Assembly: GCA_035250975.1 (NCBI GenBank)
Contig: DATFEP010000058.1
Span: 1-64,000, forward strand
Source of the DNA: Nitrososphaeraceae archaeon
Lineage (GTDB): Archaea; Thermoproteota; Nitrososphaeria; Nitrososphaerales; Nitrososphaeraceae
Direction: 5' to 3'
Length of the DNA stretch: 64,000 bases
The translations under genes and the position numbers were made by a program. Shown one piece after another: positions 1 to 10,766 of the stretch. Within the stretch, counting starts at the first letter, position 1. Each line of letters opens with the position of its first letter. The notes beneath the pieces are model-generated. The model worked only from the letters and a program-made list of their open reading frames with translations, made no database searches and had not been told where the DNA came from.

Positions 1-136
1 AGACAATGACAAAGATGACAAGAAGAAGAAAGACAATGACAAAGATGACAAGAAGAAGAAAGACAATGACAAAGATGACAAGAAGAAGAAAGACAATGAC
101 AAAGATGACAAGAAGAAGAAAGACAATGACAAAGAT
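1..136 (+). repeat. 30-bp perfect tandem repeat, about 4.5 copies visible (truncated by window edge)
   Basis: Unit agacaatgacaaagatgacaagaagaagaa repeats at 1, 31, 61, 91 with a partial copy at 121. Confidence 0.97.
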
Positions 137-139
137 TAG
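2..139 (+). CDS. 3' end of a CDS with a (DNDKDDKKKK)n charged tail, partial
   Basis: Frame +2 reads DNDKDDKKKK repeats and stops at TAG 137-139 exactly where the repeat ends, followed by a T-run near 160-167. Confidence 0.65.
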   Translation, partial: DNDKDDKKKKDNDKDDKKKKDNDKDDKKKKDNDKDDKKKKDNDKD

Positions 140-399
140 GATGGCGGAGATAATTAATATTTTTTTTCTTAAAAATATAGAATCTTTTACAGCGTACAAT
201 GTATAATTAAAATAATAATTACCTGTATCCTTTAATTCAAAACATAATGACTCTTTAATCTAATTTAAATTAATGAATAAATTTTGTTTTTGTGTATAGT
301 AAATATGTCTATAACTTGAGTTCTACTTAAGAGTTGTAGACAAAACAAGAAATTATTGTATCTAATAATAAAATTTAAAGTTCTCACATTCTCGCATTT

Positions 400-644
400 A
401 ATCCTCAATTGGGACCATATATGCAACAACATCATATCCTTAGCCAAAGCAAAATGTCTATAGCTATATCACTAGTAATAATGTCATTGCCAGCGATCCA
501 TTGGATGAGCTCATTATTCACAGTTCCATTAAATTGATTTGAACTGTATGTTCCTTGATATATGTTCCCAGAAGCAGAAGCTATTTTCATTAAATTAATA
601 ATACCAGCCAAGGATATTGATGAAATTATTAATATTATTGCCAT
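400..644 (-). pseudogene. Decayed secreted RTX-like (haemolysin-type Ca-binding repeat) protein
   Basis: Hydrophobic N-terminus, then about 9-aa periodic GTYSSNQFN/GTVNNELIQ/WIAGNDIIT/SDIAIDIL; after a frameshift it continues FG*GYDVV. Confidence 0.35.
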
Positions 645-1574
645 ATATTTTAAAAAAAATTTTTCATCGATATTATATAACTAAAAGAATTAATAATATT
701 TCGAAACATCAACATGTACTTAAAATCTGAAAAATGCAAATCATTTTTTTTGCGAATTAAAAACAGAAATTAATTTTGTATAGTTTAGATCTAATATAAA
801 ATCAAGATATGTACTAATATGTGATAAGTAATAGCACAACTACTTTTTTAAATATTCATATATAGTTTCAAAACAATTTCCAACTTTATAGACAGGAATT
901 CAAAATATAAAATAGAGAAAAGAGAAGATGTAGATTTTCAATTAATTAATGTATGATAAAAATTTTCATTGTCAAAATAACTCCTCATTTAATTTATACT
1001 TTTATACATATTATAACCGTCAAATTCGGTAAATTATATTAGATGATCAAAAATCATTCCGATAAATAAGTAAAGAGCAAATCCTAACGAGATCAATGAA
1101 AAACCAAAAGGAATTATCTTATTTTTAAATAAAGCATAGTTAAATCTTCTTGATTTATCTGTTGTCTTTGTCTGCACGTAAAATTATAGCTCTTTAAACT
1201 ATTTTTCTTTTCGAATATATTTTTAATAACATTCTTAAAATAAAATTTTATATTAGAATCTCAGAAGTGATAGCAATTGTTTTTACATACCAAAAATGGA
1301 ATATATTTCTACTTAGAAATGAGATGTTATAAAGCTTAGGATGGAATTTGAATATAATATTATAATTTAACATATGAAAGATCCTGACTAACAAAAATTC
1401 ATTTACATATACTTTTCAGAAAAAAATGTTTATTACAACTGAAAATGATATTTTTGATATTTATAAAATATATAAAAATTTAGTTAGTTACTATAGATGT
1501 AATCATATATTCGTGAAGTTTCCAAGCTTAATTTATTATAAGTATTTATTTCCACTCGGATTTAATTTATTAGA

Positions 1575-2375
1575 TTGAAATTTCTGCTTACAGAAACACA
1601 ATTAAATACCCTAATTATTAAAATCAATCGACCTGAAGTTTTAAACGCCTTGAATTTTGAGGTAGTTTCTGAAATATCTGAGACTCTTGATTCTATTTCT
1701 GCAGATGAAGAAATAAAAGCAATTATTATCACTGGTGAAGGAGAAAAGTCATTTTGTGTAGGGGGAGATCTGAAATATGTGTCTAATTTGAGCCCTAATG
1801 AAGCCGAATTATATGCGATGCATGTACATAAACTACTAAACAAAATTGAAAATTTTGATATGCCAGTGATAGCAGCAATAAACGGATATGCTCTAGGAGG
1901 AGGATGTCAATTGGCCTTAGCATGTGATCTAAGATTTGCTTCGAATAACGCCAAAATTGGGCAAACAGAGGTAACAATCGGAATTCCTCCAGGTTGGGGT
2001 GGAACTCAGAGATTGGCTAGAATTGTTGGAATCTCAAAAGCTAAAGAATTAATTTATACTGGTAGAATAATCTCAGCACATGAAGCAAAAGATATCGGCT
2101 TAGTAAATGAATTAGTTAAGTTCGAAATGAATCAATCAAATAAAAGTAAAATTGATCAGAAAAAAAAATTAAAACAAGAATCATTTATCTTTAGATGTAT
2201 TTCTTTATGTGAATTGATAACCAAAAATAATTCTTTTGCACTCAAGATAAGTAAAAGTTTGATCAATAAAGCAAGAGATGTAAATATAGAAGGTGGTCTT
2301 TTGATGGAGAGATATGGTTGTAGTCTTTGTTTTACAAAACTGAATGGGGAGAAGATTAGAGATTTATTATCTTAA
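1575..2375 (+). CDS. Enoyl-CoA hydratase/crotonase family protein
   Basis: INRPEVLNAL, FCVGGDL, AAINGYALGGG, GQTEVTIGIPPGWGGTQRLARIVG motifs. Confidence 0.92.
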   Translation: MKFLLTETQLNTLIIKINRPEVLNALNFEVVSEISETLDSISADEEIKAIIITGEGEKSFCVGGDLKYVSNLSPNEAELYAMHVHKLLNKIENFDMPVIAAINGYALGGGCQLALACDLRFASNNAKIGQTEVTIGIPPGWGGTQRLARIVGISKAKELIYTGRIISAHEAKDIGLVNELVKFEMNQSNKSKIDQKKKLKQESFIFRCISLCELITKNNSFALKISKSLINKARDVNIEGGLLMERYGCSLCFTKLNGEKIRDLLS

Positions 2376-3384
2376 CACTAGTGAAACAGAACATTCGATT
2401 CTAATGATATAGCGATGTAAGATATTATTATACTCTTTATGAATTCATTATTTCTTATAAATAAATTAAATTTAATTTAAATATCTTTTAAGCACCAAAT
2501 AGGTCTAAATTAAACATTTGACTTCGTTTCACATCACCTCTTCCGAAATATTTCAATATATTCTTTCGTCATAATCTGGCAGATTTCTAGATCATCATGG
2601 GGTGATTCGAAGTATTCTTGTTCCTATTCCTATTCAGCTTCAGGAGCTGTTCTTGTTATGCCAGTACTTCTGTTGTTGTTCCTCCTGTTGTTCCTGCTGA
2701 CAACGTTGCTGCTTCAGAAATTTTAAAAAGTATTTTTTGAATGAATATTACGTCATTTTATAAAGTTCATTGGATAATCAATTTCATTTAATCCTACATT
2801 CAATGTAATTACCGGATATGTGGAAAACATATTTTTCCTATTTTTGGTTCAGAAAATTTGATGACTCGTCTCGATATTTTCGGGTTTAATACTGTACTTT
2901 TTTTTGTTAATACTAAAATTTTTTCGAATTTTTATATCATAATAACTTCATAAATTCATTTCAATAATGCAAATATTTCAAAAATATTATTATATTTTTC
3001 TACTTTTTGTTAATTTATATTTTTTAGCAGTTAAGATCGAGTATTTAATAAGGTTTGATACGTTAGAGACAAACAAGATATTGGTATTTAGAACATGTTA
3101 AACTCATCTTACCGTTTTTAACTCAAAAATAAAATAGAGTACAAACAATGGTATCAAACTTGATTTCCAAGGCACAGGTTTAACGGTAGCAAAAATTTTA
3201 ATAATTCATGGATAACAAAAAAAAAGGAAAAGAAAATAATAAAAGAACTTGAATATAAAATAACTAGAAAATTCGGTGTAGAATTCCTAATTCTATAAAG
3301 TGTAGGTTTATTTGACTATTGACATCAATTTTTTATTTATTTTTTTCGGGATGAATAATTTTTTAAAAGAATTATAAATTGGAT

Positions 3385-4278
3385 TTATTCGTTATCCCCT
3401 TTCAATTCAAGATTTTCTATTTTATCTATCAGTTCGTTCATCTTGGCCGTGAAAGGGTGTTTTGGATGTTTCAATACAGTCATAAATTCTCTACTATCAA
3501 ATTGAATATCACAATAACACGGCACACTACTCATTACATCCATAGCAAGGTCTTTTTTCAATTTCTCGATGGTTTCAGATTGTTCATTTAGAACCACAGC
3601 ATAATTGCTCTCTGGTGTATATGAATACCCTTGAAGATTTGGGGGAAGACAATAGCCTGCAACTCTATTCAAAAGAAGATATGATTTAACTCCTAATTTC
3701 ATGAATGTGGAATAAATTTCACTAGCCATTCTTCTAGTTCCCGCTATATCTATACCATCCATTTTTAAAGAGAGTAAAATCATATCTGCAATAGCCAAAG
3801 AATTTATTGACCAATATCTTATTCCTGGGCTTGTATCAATTATGATATAGTCAATATTCTTTTTTGATGCCATTTCTTCTTTAATATGAATAAATTTTCT
3901 CAATAATTCTACTTTTGATGAGTCGCTACGTATAGCACCATCAAGTTTTGCTATCTCGTTTTTTGAAGAATTAGAGAAGGAAACAAAAAGTTTACCCATT
4001 CTTAAATTTTCATTATGGTTGAATTGCTCAGAGAAATTCTCTACTTTGTTGGTAAGATCATATACAACCTCATCAAAATCAGCTACTTCAAAAAGAAAGT
4101 CATTGATCCATTTATCCGGAGATGTGTTAAAATAAGTTTGCAGGCTCGGCGCGTAAACATCCATATCCAAAAGCAAAACGTTCAGTCCTCTACGAGTCAG
4201 TAGAGCTGCGATATTTGAACTCATAGTAGACTTTCCTGTACCACCCTTGTAGGAATGGAAGGCAATGCATTTTTTCAA
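3385..4278 (-). CDS. MinD/ParA family ATPase
   Basis: Deviant Walker A SYKGGTGKS, LLLDMD and YIIIDTSPG switch motifs. Confidence 0.9.
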   Translation of the reverse strand: MKKCIAFHSYKGGTGKSTMSSNIAALLTRRGLNVLLLDMDVYAPSLQTYFNTSPDKWINDFLFEVADFDEVVYDLTNKVENFSEQFNHNENLRMGKLFVSFSNSSKNEIAKLDGAIRSDSSKVELLRKFIHIKEEMASKKNIDYIIIDTSPGIRYWSINSLAIADMILLSLKMDGIDIAGTRRMASEIYSTFMKLGVKSYLLLNRVAGYCLPPNLQGYSYTPESNYAVVLNEQSETIEKLKKDLAMDVMSSVPCYCDIQFDSREFMTVLKHPKHPFTAKMNELIDKIENLELKGDNE

Positions 4279-4587
4279 TAAAATTGTAATTATGTCGTGT
4301 TTATTAAAATTTTCATATATTAGGATGGTTAGGAATAAATTTGACTCATAAATAGATTAGACATTTGAAAACATATTTTCCATTTTTTTCAGAATATATA
4401 AGAAAATTAGTTAGTGGCTATAGTTTGACATTATACATAAACTCGGTGGTAGATAGATTTTACTCTGTAAGATAAGATAATTAGCAAATTTGGTTAGAAA
4501 AAATAGGCTTATTGGTATACGTAATCTTATTTAATAGGTACAATCTTCTTTCAATATTGTGATGTTTGTTTTATAATCATTTTTAAA

Positions 4588-6174
4588 TTAAAATGTTACT
4601 TTTTTTGTCAAAGACTGGAACTTTTGAGGTAATTCAGAATTCCCAAAATTTTTGTCATCATATGCAGAATACATTTTTATCACCTGACCATGTTTTATCT
4701 GATGGTCTCCGATATAATGAATGATTTCTTTATATTTATGATCTAGTAGTATTAAATTTTCTGCCAGTGCTCCTTCTAACAAAATATGCCATCCATCACC
4801 TATATCCATAACTCTTCTCGCAAATATAATACCAGGACCCCAAATATTCTGATTATTGTTAATATCATTGACAATAAACACGGACCCAGACGCCAAGCCA
4901 ATTCTGATCCCAAGTTTGGAATCATCATCAAAAGCATTTTCATTGTGCTTGCGTAGTTCATTATGCAACTGGATACTTAGTTCAAGAGGAGCTTCAGGGT
5001 TTGAGATGAATCCTATTGCCATACCATCACCCGTTGCCAACACTTTTTTTTCAGTATTTTTTCGAAAAGCAGGACAGATAGATATCAAATTGTTTAGTAA
5101 TTCTATCTTCTGTATCTGCTTTCTTACAGATAACAACGGATTTGAAAGTCCTACTATATCTATAAAGAAAAAGTTTGCATTCAGAACTGTGGACTGTCCT
5201 ATGTTGGTCATTCCAGAGTCTCCATAAATTCCATGCAATTTAGCATAGACTTCTAAATGATTTTTATGAAAAGCCATATCTTGGTGAAAAACTGGATTTT
5301 CAGTAATAGGTTTCTTGCACACGCTACAGATTAGGGATACTTTCTTTGATGAAGACGGTCCTTGAAAAAGCAATCTTCCATTACCGTTAGTATTGATATT
5401 GACCCATTTTGAAGGTATTTTTTCTCCTGTGAAAGAGGCTATTCGGATCATTCTTTTACTATCTTCAGTATTTTTACCTTCGTCTATCTTCATTTCCAGT
5501 ATTGTATCAAATAAGGTACTCACTTTTTCAATAATGTTCTCATCAAGTGTTAAATTATTTACCGTAAATATGGATTTAATTCCTTTGCTTTTTAGAAAGA
5601 GAGATAATAGATTAATAAAACGTAATACGTCTTTTTCATCAAAAATTGTACATAGATGTGAAATTGAATCTAGTACTAAAACAGTATCATTACTATAACT
5701 ATCTTTACTTGTTGAACTATCAATATAGGCCAGATTTTCCTTATCTTTTGATGTTTTCAGATGATCAGGATTACGGGAGTTTTGTTCTTTATTATTTTTA
5801 CTATCTTTATCTATTTCTAAAAATCTTTGCTCGACTTCTTTAAGAGTTGAGAATAATTTATTATCTATATTTAATTTATTGTGAATATTTAAATCATCTG
5901 TATCCTCTTTTAGAAAAGGATTGACAAAAAGAGAATTAGAAAGAATTGTATCTGATTTAACATTAGGAAAGAAATTTCGAAATTGTTTTAACATAATATT
6001 GGAACTTATGTAAATCACATGGTTATTGTTAGCCAGGGATTCAGCCAAAAAAGTTTTACAATAAGTTGTCTTGCCGACAGCCCTTGGGCCTATCAGTAAG
6101 AAAAGATTATTGTCCTCTATCTCTTTATTTGATATTTTTCTTCCCAATAAGACATCAATACCAGGAATAGGCAT
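4588..6174 (-). CDS. KaiC/RAD55-type RecA-superfamily ATPase fused to a Zn-finger-like linker and a class III nucleotide cyclase domain
   Basis: N-terminal IPGIDVLL, Walker A GPRAVGKT, Walker B VLVLDS; CSVC...FHKNH linker; cyclase motifs FFFIDIVGLS, TGDGMAIGF, IRIGLASG, NIWGPGIIFARRVMD. Confidence 0.85.
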   Translation of the reverse strand: MPIPGIDVLLGRKISNKEIEDNNLFLLIGPRAVGKTTYCKTFLAESLANNNHVIYISSNIMLKQFRNFFPNVKSDTILSNSLFVNPFLKEDTDDLNIHNKLNIDNKLFSTLKEVEQRFLEIDKDSKNNKEQNSRNPDHLKTSKDKENLAYIDSSTSKDSYSNDTVLVLDSISHLCTIFDEKDVLRFINLLSLFLKSKGIKSIFTVNNLTLDENIIEKVSTLFDTILEMKIDEGKNTEDSKRMIRIASFTGEKIPSKWVNINTNGNGRLLFQGPSSSKKVSLICSVCKKPITENPVFHQDMAFHKNHLEVYAKLHGIYGDSGMTNIGQSTVLNANFFFIDIVGLSNPLLSVRKQIQKIELLNNLISICPAFRKNTEKKVLATGDGMAIGFISNPEAPLELSIQLHNELRKHNENAFDDDSKLGIRIGLASGSVFIVNDINNNQNIWGPGIIFARRVMDIGDGWHILLEGALAENLILLDHKYKEIIHYIGDHQIKHGQVIKMYSAYDDKNFGNSELPQKFQSLTKKVTF

Positions 6175-6389
6175 AATTATCAGAGATTGACCTGAATATT
6201 TATAGTTAAGTTATTAGTTTAAGAATATAATTTTGAAATAAAATTGTGGTTGCTATATTTTTTAAAGGTTTTCTCGTAGTAAAATAATTACTTTAAATCT
6301 TATATAACAGTCTCGTTCAAAAATATAATACCAGTACATCTTTTTGCAATTAGATAAAATACACACTTTATTTTCAATGTAATTAACTA

Positions 6390-6842
6390 CCGTCATCTCC
6401 TAGTGTTTTATTCAATAATTTACTATCTTTAAATCCTGCAAAGCAAATCTCTACTTCCTCTATCTAAAGTTCCTAATCTTCCTGTAAGATGGTATAACTT
6501 TTGAGGTAGTGAAACATAACTTTTTACTAGGTTCATACATCGTACATCTCTATATATGTTCCTATGATCTAGGTCAAACAAAAATCATGATAATGAATTA
6601 GTTACTTGTGTATGATTTGTAATATACAACAAGTATTAGAAATCTGTCTTTTTCTGAATTTTTGAAATGTCTTCCTCCTGAATGTATACATCTGATTCTC
6701 TTCTTTCTGGATAAATATTTTATCTAATATTTTGGATATTTTTATTCTAATTACTTGTATATTGAATCAATTTCGATAATTGCAATCCAGTAAAAGACCT
6801 GAACAATAACGGCTTTTCAGATAATATGCCGTAATTTAGCAA
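6390..6842 (-). mobile_element. Degenerate IS5-like transposase N-terminal remnant
   Basis: Manual translation across frameshifts and stops: MLNYGILSEKPLLFRSFTG...GGRHFKNSEKDRFLILVVYY...FLFDLDHRNIYRD...LPQKLYHLTGRL...EEVEICFAGFK, resembling the HTH region of IS5-type DDE transposases; ends approximate. Confidence 0.7.
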
Positions 6843-7251
6843 ATATATAAAGAATTGCCCTAGATAAGAGGAATATGGCTATAGCTTTCTAATTATGCAA
6901 AAAGATCAAGTATACAAACTATGATCTATAAATAAATTTAATAAAAATTCGTTAAAATACGCCAAAAAAATAAACCAGATTGGTATTCGCATTATTACAT
7001 CAAAACATCTTAAAAGATAATTTAGATTGCATATATTAAAGTGGAATACGATATTAAAATAGTCAGCAGCAAAATTTTTTTATAAAAATCGATGGTTCTT
7101 TTGTCACAGTTTCATGCTTTATCATTCTATCATTGTTCCTGCATCTTAAGAATTTTCTGCGCGAAACGATTTACATATAGAAATGAAAGATTTGAACGAA
7201 ATTTGGAAAAAAATAAGTAAGGAAACTTGATACCAACAATGAATAAAGCTG

Positions 7252-8016
7252 TTGTTAACTGACTATAACCAAAAAAATTGGATTATATTAATTTGTTTGA
7301 TTGTTATACAATCAACTATACTTTTGATTCTTTTGTTGCCGCTTGAACTATTCGGTCAAAACAACACACCCAAGACCATAGAAAACACAAACCCAGACAA
7401 TATGGAAACTAAGTATTCTGAAACTGAACATGATAAAGGAGTAACAATAGGAACTATAAAGGAATATGCAGAAGTAATAAGTATTTTTCTTGAAGTAATA
7501 ATTATCATACTTTTAGCGAAAACGGTAAAAGATTTCGCAGAGTTAGCTAAAGGGAGTAAATTACAAACAGAAGTAAGGTTTAGACCATGGGTAGGTCCTC
7601 ATGGTGGAATAGAATTTATGAGAAGTGATAATGATAACAAGCAGTATTTTATTAAAATAAAAAATTTTGGAGAAATACCCGCATCTAATGTTACAGCAAT
7701 TTCCATAGTAGCAGATTCGGTCCCGAAAAAAGATTTTTTGTCGACCTTAACCAAAAACAATTCTTTCGATAGTAAAAATAAAGAAAATAATATTAATAAA
7801 TTCAGTATTGGACCTCTCCTTCCCGGTATGGAGAAAAGATACTGGATTTTCATAAAAGAAGCAATGATAAAAAACGCAAAAGAAGGAACATCCGATCTAT
7901 TTATATTATTTTACTTTTCCTATGACTTTGCTGGTGGAAAAAGCGGATATGGAATGATAAGTAAATTTGATAAAAATACAGACACTTTTGTTCATATCGA
8001 TATGTGGATTGACTAG
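7252..8016 (+). CDS. Hypothetical membrane-anchored protein
   Basis: 254-aa ORF, two hydrophobic segments followed by RPWVG and a beta-rich domain. Confidence 0.75.
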   Translation: MLTDYNQKNWIILICLIVIQSTILLILLLPLELFGQNNTPKTIENTNPDNMETKYSETEHDKGVTIGTIKEYAEVISIFLEVIIIILLAKTVKDFAELAKGSKLQTEVRFRPWVGPHGGIEFMRSDNDNKQYFIKIKNFGEIPASNVTAISIVADSVPKKDFLSTLTKNNSFDSKNKENNINKFSIGPLLPGMEKRYWIFIKEAMIKNAKEGTSDLFILFYFSYDFAGGKSGYGMISKFDKNTDTFVHIDMWID

Positions 8017-8194
8017 ATGCATGAAACCATCCGTTTTTGGTAGTCTGAGATAGCCTCTTAAATTTTCCTGTAATATTGTCTTCGACAAAAGAGATAATTT
8101 CAAGATTTTAGCAGTATTTTTGATCTACTTTTTTTAAATTTCTTAAAAAAAGAATTAAATCTTGGATGTCTATAATGTCTTGACGTATTGAGAT

Positions 8195-8542
8195 ATGACC
8201 GGTAAAACTAAAAAAAATGATGAAAAAAATGATGAACAGTCACAAGACAGTCCTCTTCCTAATCCCTTTACTTCCATGATAGAATTTTGGCAAAAATATT
8301 CAACAAATTGGATGGAACAATATGGAGAATTTATAAAAGACATCCAACGGATTGGGGAGTTACAGAAAGAATCATTGAAAAATACTCAAAGGATGAGTGA
8401 ATTATATAAAGAATTAGTAGGTACCGTCGAAAATATGAATCTATTATATAAAGAATCTGTAAAAATTACAGAAAGAATGACCAGATATTGGGTAGATTAT
8501 TCAAAATCTTTCTTTCAAAAAGAAAAAGAAGGGTCCGACTAA
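8195..8542 (+). CDS. Amphipathic helical protein (phasin-like, tentative)
   Basis: 115 aa, periodic helical repeats, Trp/Phe-rich ends, no TM segment. Confidence 0.65.
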   Translation: MTGKTKKNDEKNDEQSQDSPLPNPFTSMIEFWQKYSTNWMEQYGEFIKDIQRIGELQKESLKNTQRMSELYKELVGTVENMNLLYKESVKITERMTRYWVDYSKSFFQKEKEGSD

Positions 8543-8974
8543 AATAAATTATATTTTATACAAAAGTCTTACAAAATACATGAAAAATATTGAATAAATT
8601 TTATATTCATAAGCACATCTGTTTTATAGCTTCTTTATTTATGTAGATGTGAATAGATCAAAAAAATTGTAACGTAAAATGCATAGAAATATTCATTAGA
8701 TATCATTTAGGAAAGGTATTTTCGTATGATAAAATTTATTTTTTGACCAATCTTAAATATTATATGAAAACCAAGAAACGAAATTATTAAGTATTATACC
8801 GAAATAGAGTTTTTTGACACGAAAAGTAAACGCAAATTATTTTCAATAGATTTTATTTTGTAGATCATCACATGACAAACCAATCTCTATAACAAGTAAC
8901 ATAAGTCTATTGTAGAAATCTCTATTAAATTTCTTTTAGGAACCCAAGACAGAAAAAAAATTACCGTTGTTCTT

Positions 8975-9223
8975 TTAGTCAAAGTCTTCATGTTCATTCA
9001 GCATACCAAAACTGTTGTAAAATTTACATTCTGGTATACAACCAGTAAATTGGTTACATCCAATTCCATCATAACTACCCTGACCATTATTTCTTCTGTA
9101 CCATGAGCTTTTGTGAAAATACCATTGTGATTTATATTCCTGATATCTAGCTTCTGGACTAACCTTTTTCAATACTTGGTTGTCTTCGGATATCGATAAC
9201 CTGTTCGCCACAGATAATAACAA
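8975..9223 (-). CDS. Small hypothetical protein with C-x4-C-x3-C motif
   Basis: 82-aa ORF with GCNQFTGCIPECKFY and non-random composition. Confidence 0.55.
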   Translation of the reverse strand: MLLSVANRLSISEDNQVLKKVSPEARYQEYKSQWYFHKSSWYRRNNGQGSYDGIGCNQFTGCIPECKFYNSFGMLNEHEDFD

Positions 9224-9499
9224 CAGTTTAACATTTATATGAATACAGTAAGATTAACCTGTAAAAAAATTCTCTATAATTATTCAGATAATTTAAAGAT
9301 TTAATAAATATACGACATCCTTATTTAGTCCTAGGAAAGTTTAACATATCTATCAAGTATATATCAAATCCGAAAAACTAATGTGAAAATAAATCAATAA
9401 TTGATTCTTTATTTTTTAATAATAAATTCACAATATTTGTATATTACGCTAAAAAAGACACTTATGGATAAGTATCTATCTTGTTTTTAATTTGTTGAC

Positions 9500-10165
9500 C
9501 TACCTAGTATTATTCACACTATTATATCTTTTTTCTTGTCCTATTGTTATTTCTTTTAATATTGAAATAAGCATGACGGATGCCAAAATTAAAGCTATAT
9601 TTGTTATAACGTTTGAAATTGGTTGTGATAATAGCGATCCGCCTATGAGAGGGAAAAATATCGAAAAAAGAAACAAAACCCACCAGCGTTTAACATTAGA
9701 GTTCGAATCCCTTAAAGAGAATTCATTTGAAACACTGGCAATTTGGCTAAAAGTCCAAATTTCTTTCATGATGTAATAAGGTTTCCAGAGATTAATAATA
9801 GGAATGATACAATAGCCTACGGCCTTTATTGGTGAAAATTTCAGACCATTTACCTCTAATGAATAAAGATTGCTGTAAGATCTATAGAACCAATATAGAA
9901 AGATAATAGATATCGTTAGAAATACCATTGAATATAAGGCGCCATACAAGTAGGTAAAATCTGAAGAAAAAATTGATACCTGACCAGAAGGCTTAGCCGT
10001 ATTTGAGTTTAGGCCAAGATTGCCGTCTTCTGAAGTAGTGAATAAAATAACGCTCATTGCTATAGAAATCAGATTAAATAGGATACCAATACAAAGAACA
10101 ATAGTTAAAAATCGAGAAAGTCTGTTAAGTGGAACATAGGAATGTAGTCTACTTGGATAGCTCAT
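9500..10165 (-). CDS. DUF4328-like integral membrane protein
   Basis: Multiple TM helices, WFYRSYSNL and IIPIINLWKPY motifs, RWW near C-terminus. Confidence 0.75.
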   Translation of the reverse strand: MSYPSRLHSYVPLNRLSRFLTIVLCIGILFNLISIAMSVILFTTSEDGNLGLNSNTAKPSGQVSIFSSDFTYLYGALYSMVFLTISIIFLYWFYRSYSNLYSLEVNGLKFSPIKAVGYCIIPIINLWKPYYIMKEIWTFSQIASVSNEFSLRDSNSNVKRWWVLFLFSIFFPLIGGSLLSQPISNVITNIALILASVMLISILKEITIGQEKRYNSVNNTR

Positions 10166-10766
10166 ATTTATTCTTAAAAAAATGGTAGATAAAAGCTTTT
10201 TAAAGTGATTGATGTTTGAGAAGTAGCCAATATATACTGTACATTTCTACTAAAAATATTTTTTCAACAAATATTGACTTATTCTAATTAGATTAAAATA
10301 ATTAAATTTTATATTTTTAAACGTTTAATAAAATGTGTGACTAATAAGCAATTTTAAAAGTATGAATCGATTTTGACTTTCCAAGACTTAAACTGGCAAA
10401 CGAATATATTAAAAACAAAATGTGATCTAAATAAGTATTTATATACTTCATATCGTCTGAAGGAATTTAAAAATCATATTTACGATCCTTTTATTATATT
10501 TCCTCCTAAATACCGTTGAATTTAACCTATCCAAATCAAAGGATCGGTATAGAGCTAATATGATGTAATTTCACACGTATAAGATAGAAACTAAATGAAA
10601 TATTCGTTTCCAGTTTCCTCTAGTACTACAATAGTTCTAGCATGTGTGAAATTTAAAGTTAATTTTTGAAAGCAAATGATGATCTGTTCATTTATAATAA
10701 ATCGTCGTTATGATATTCTACGATAGAATAGATCAAATTAAATAACATGTATCTTACATATCAATA

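Noticed and set aside
6-206. ORF-track protein (MTKMTRRRKT)n
   Set aside because: Alternative frame of the 30-bp repeat; frame +2 stops exactly at the repeat end and is more plausible
2580-2720. GC-richer patch reading A/G/T-rich on the minus strand
   Set aside because: No start and early stops; probably a gene scrap that cannot be identified
4588-6174. Pycsar/CBASS-type antiphage system or circadian KaiC clock
   Set aside because: No cNMP-binding TM/TIR effector adjacent; single ATPase domain and no kaiA/kaiB
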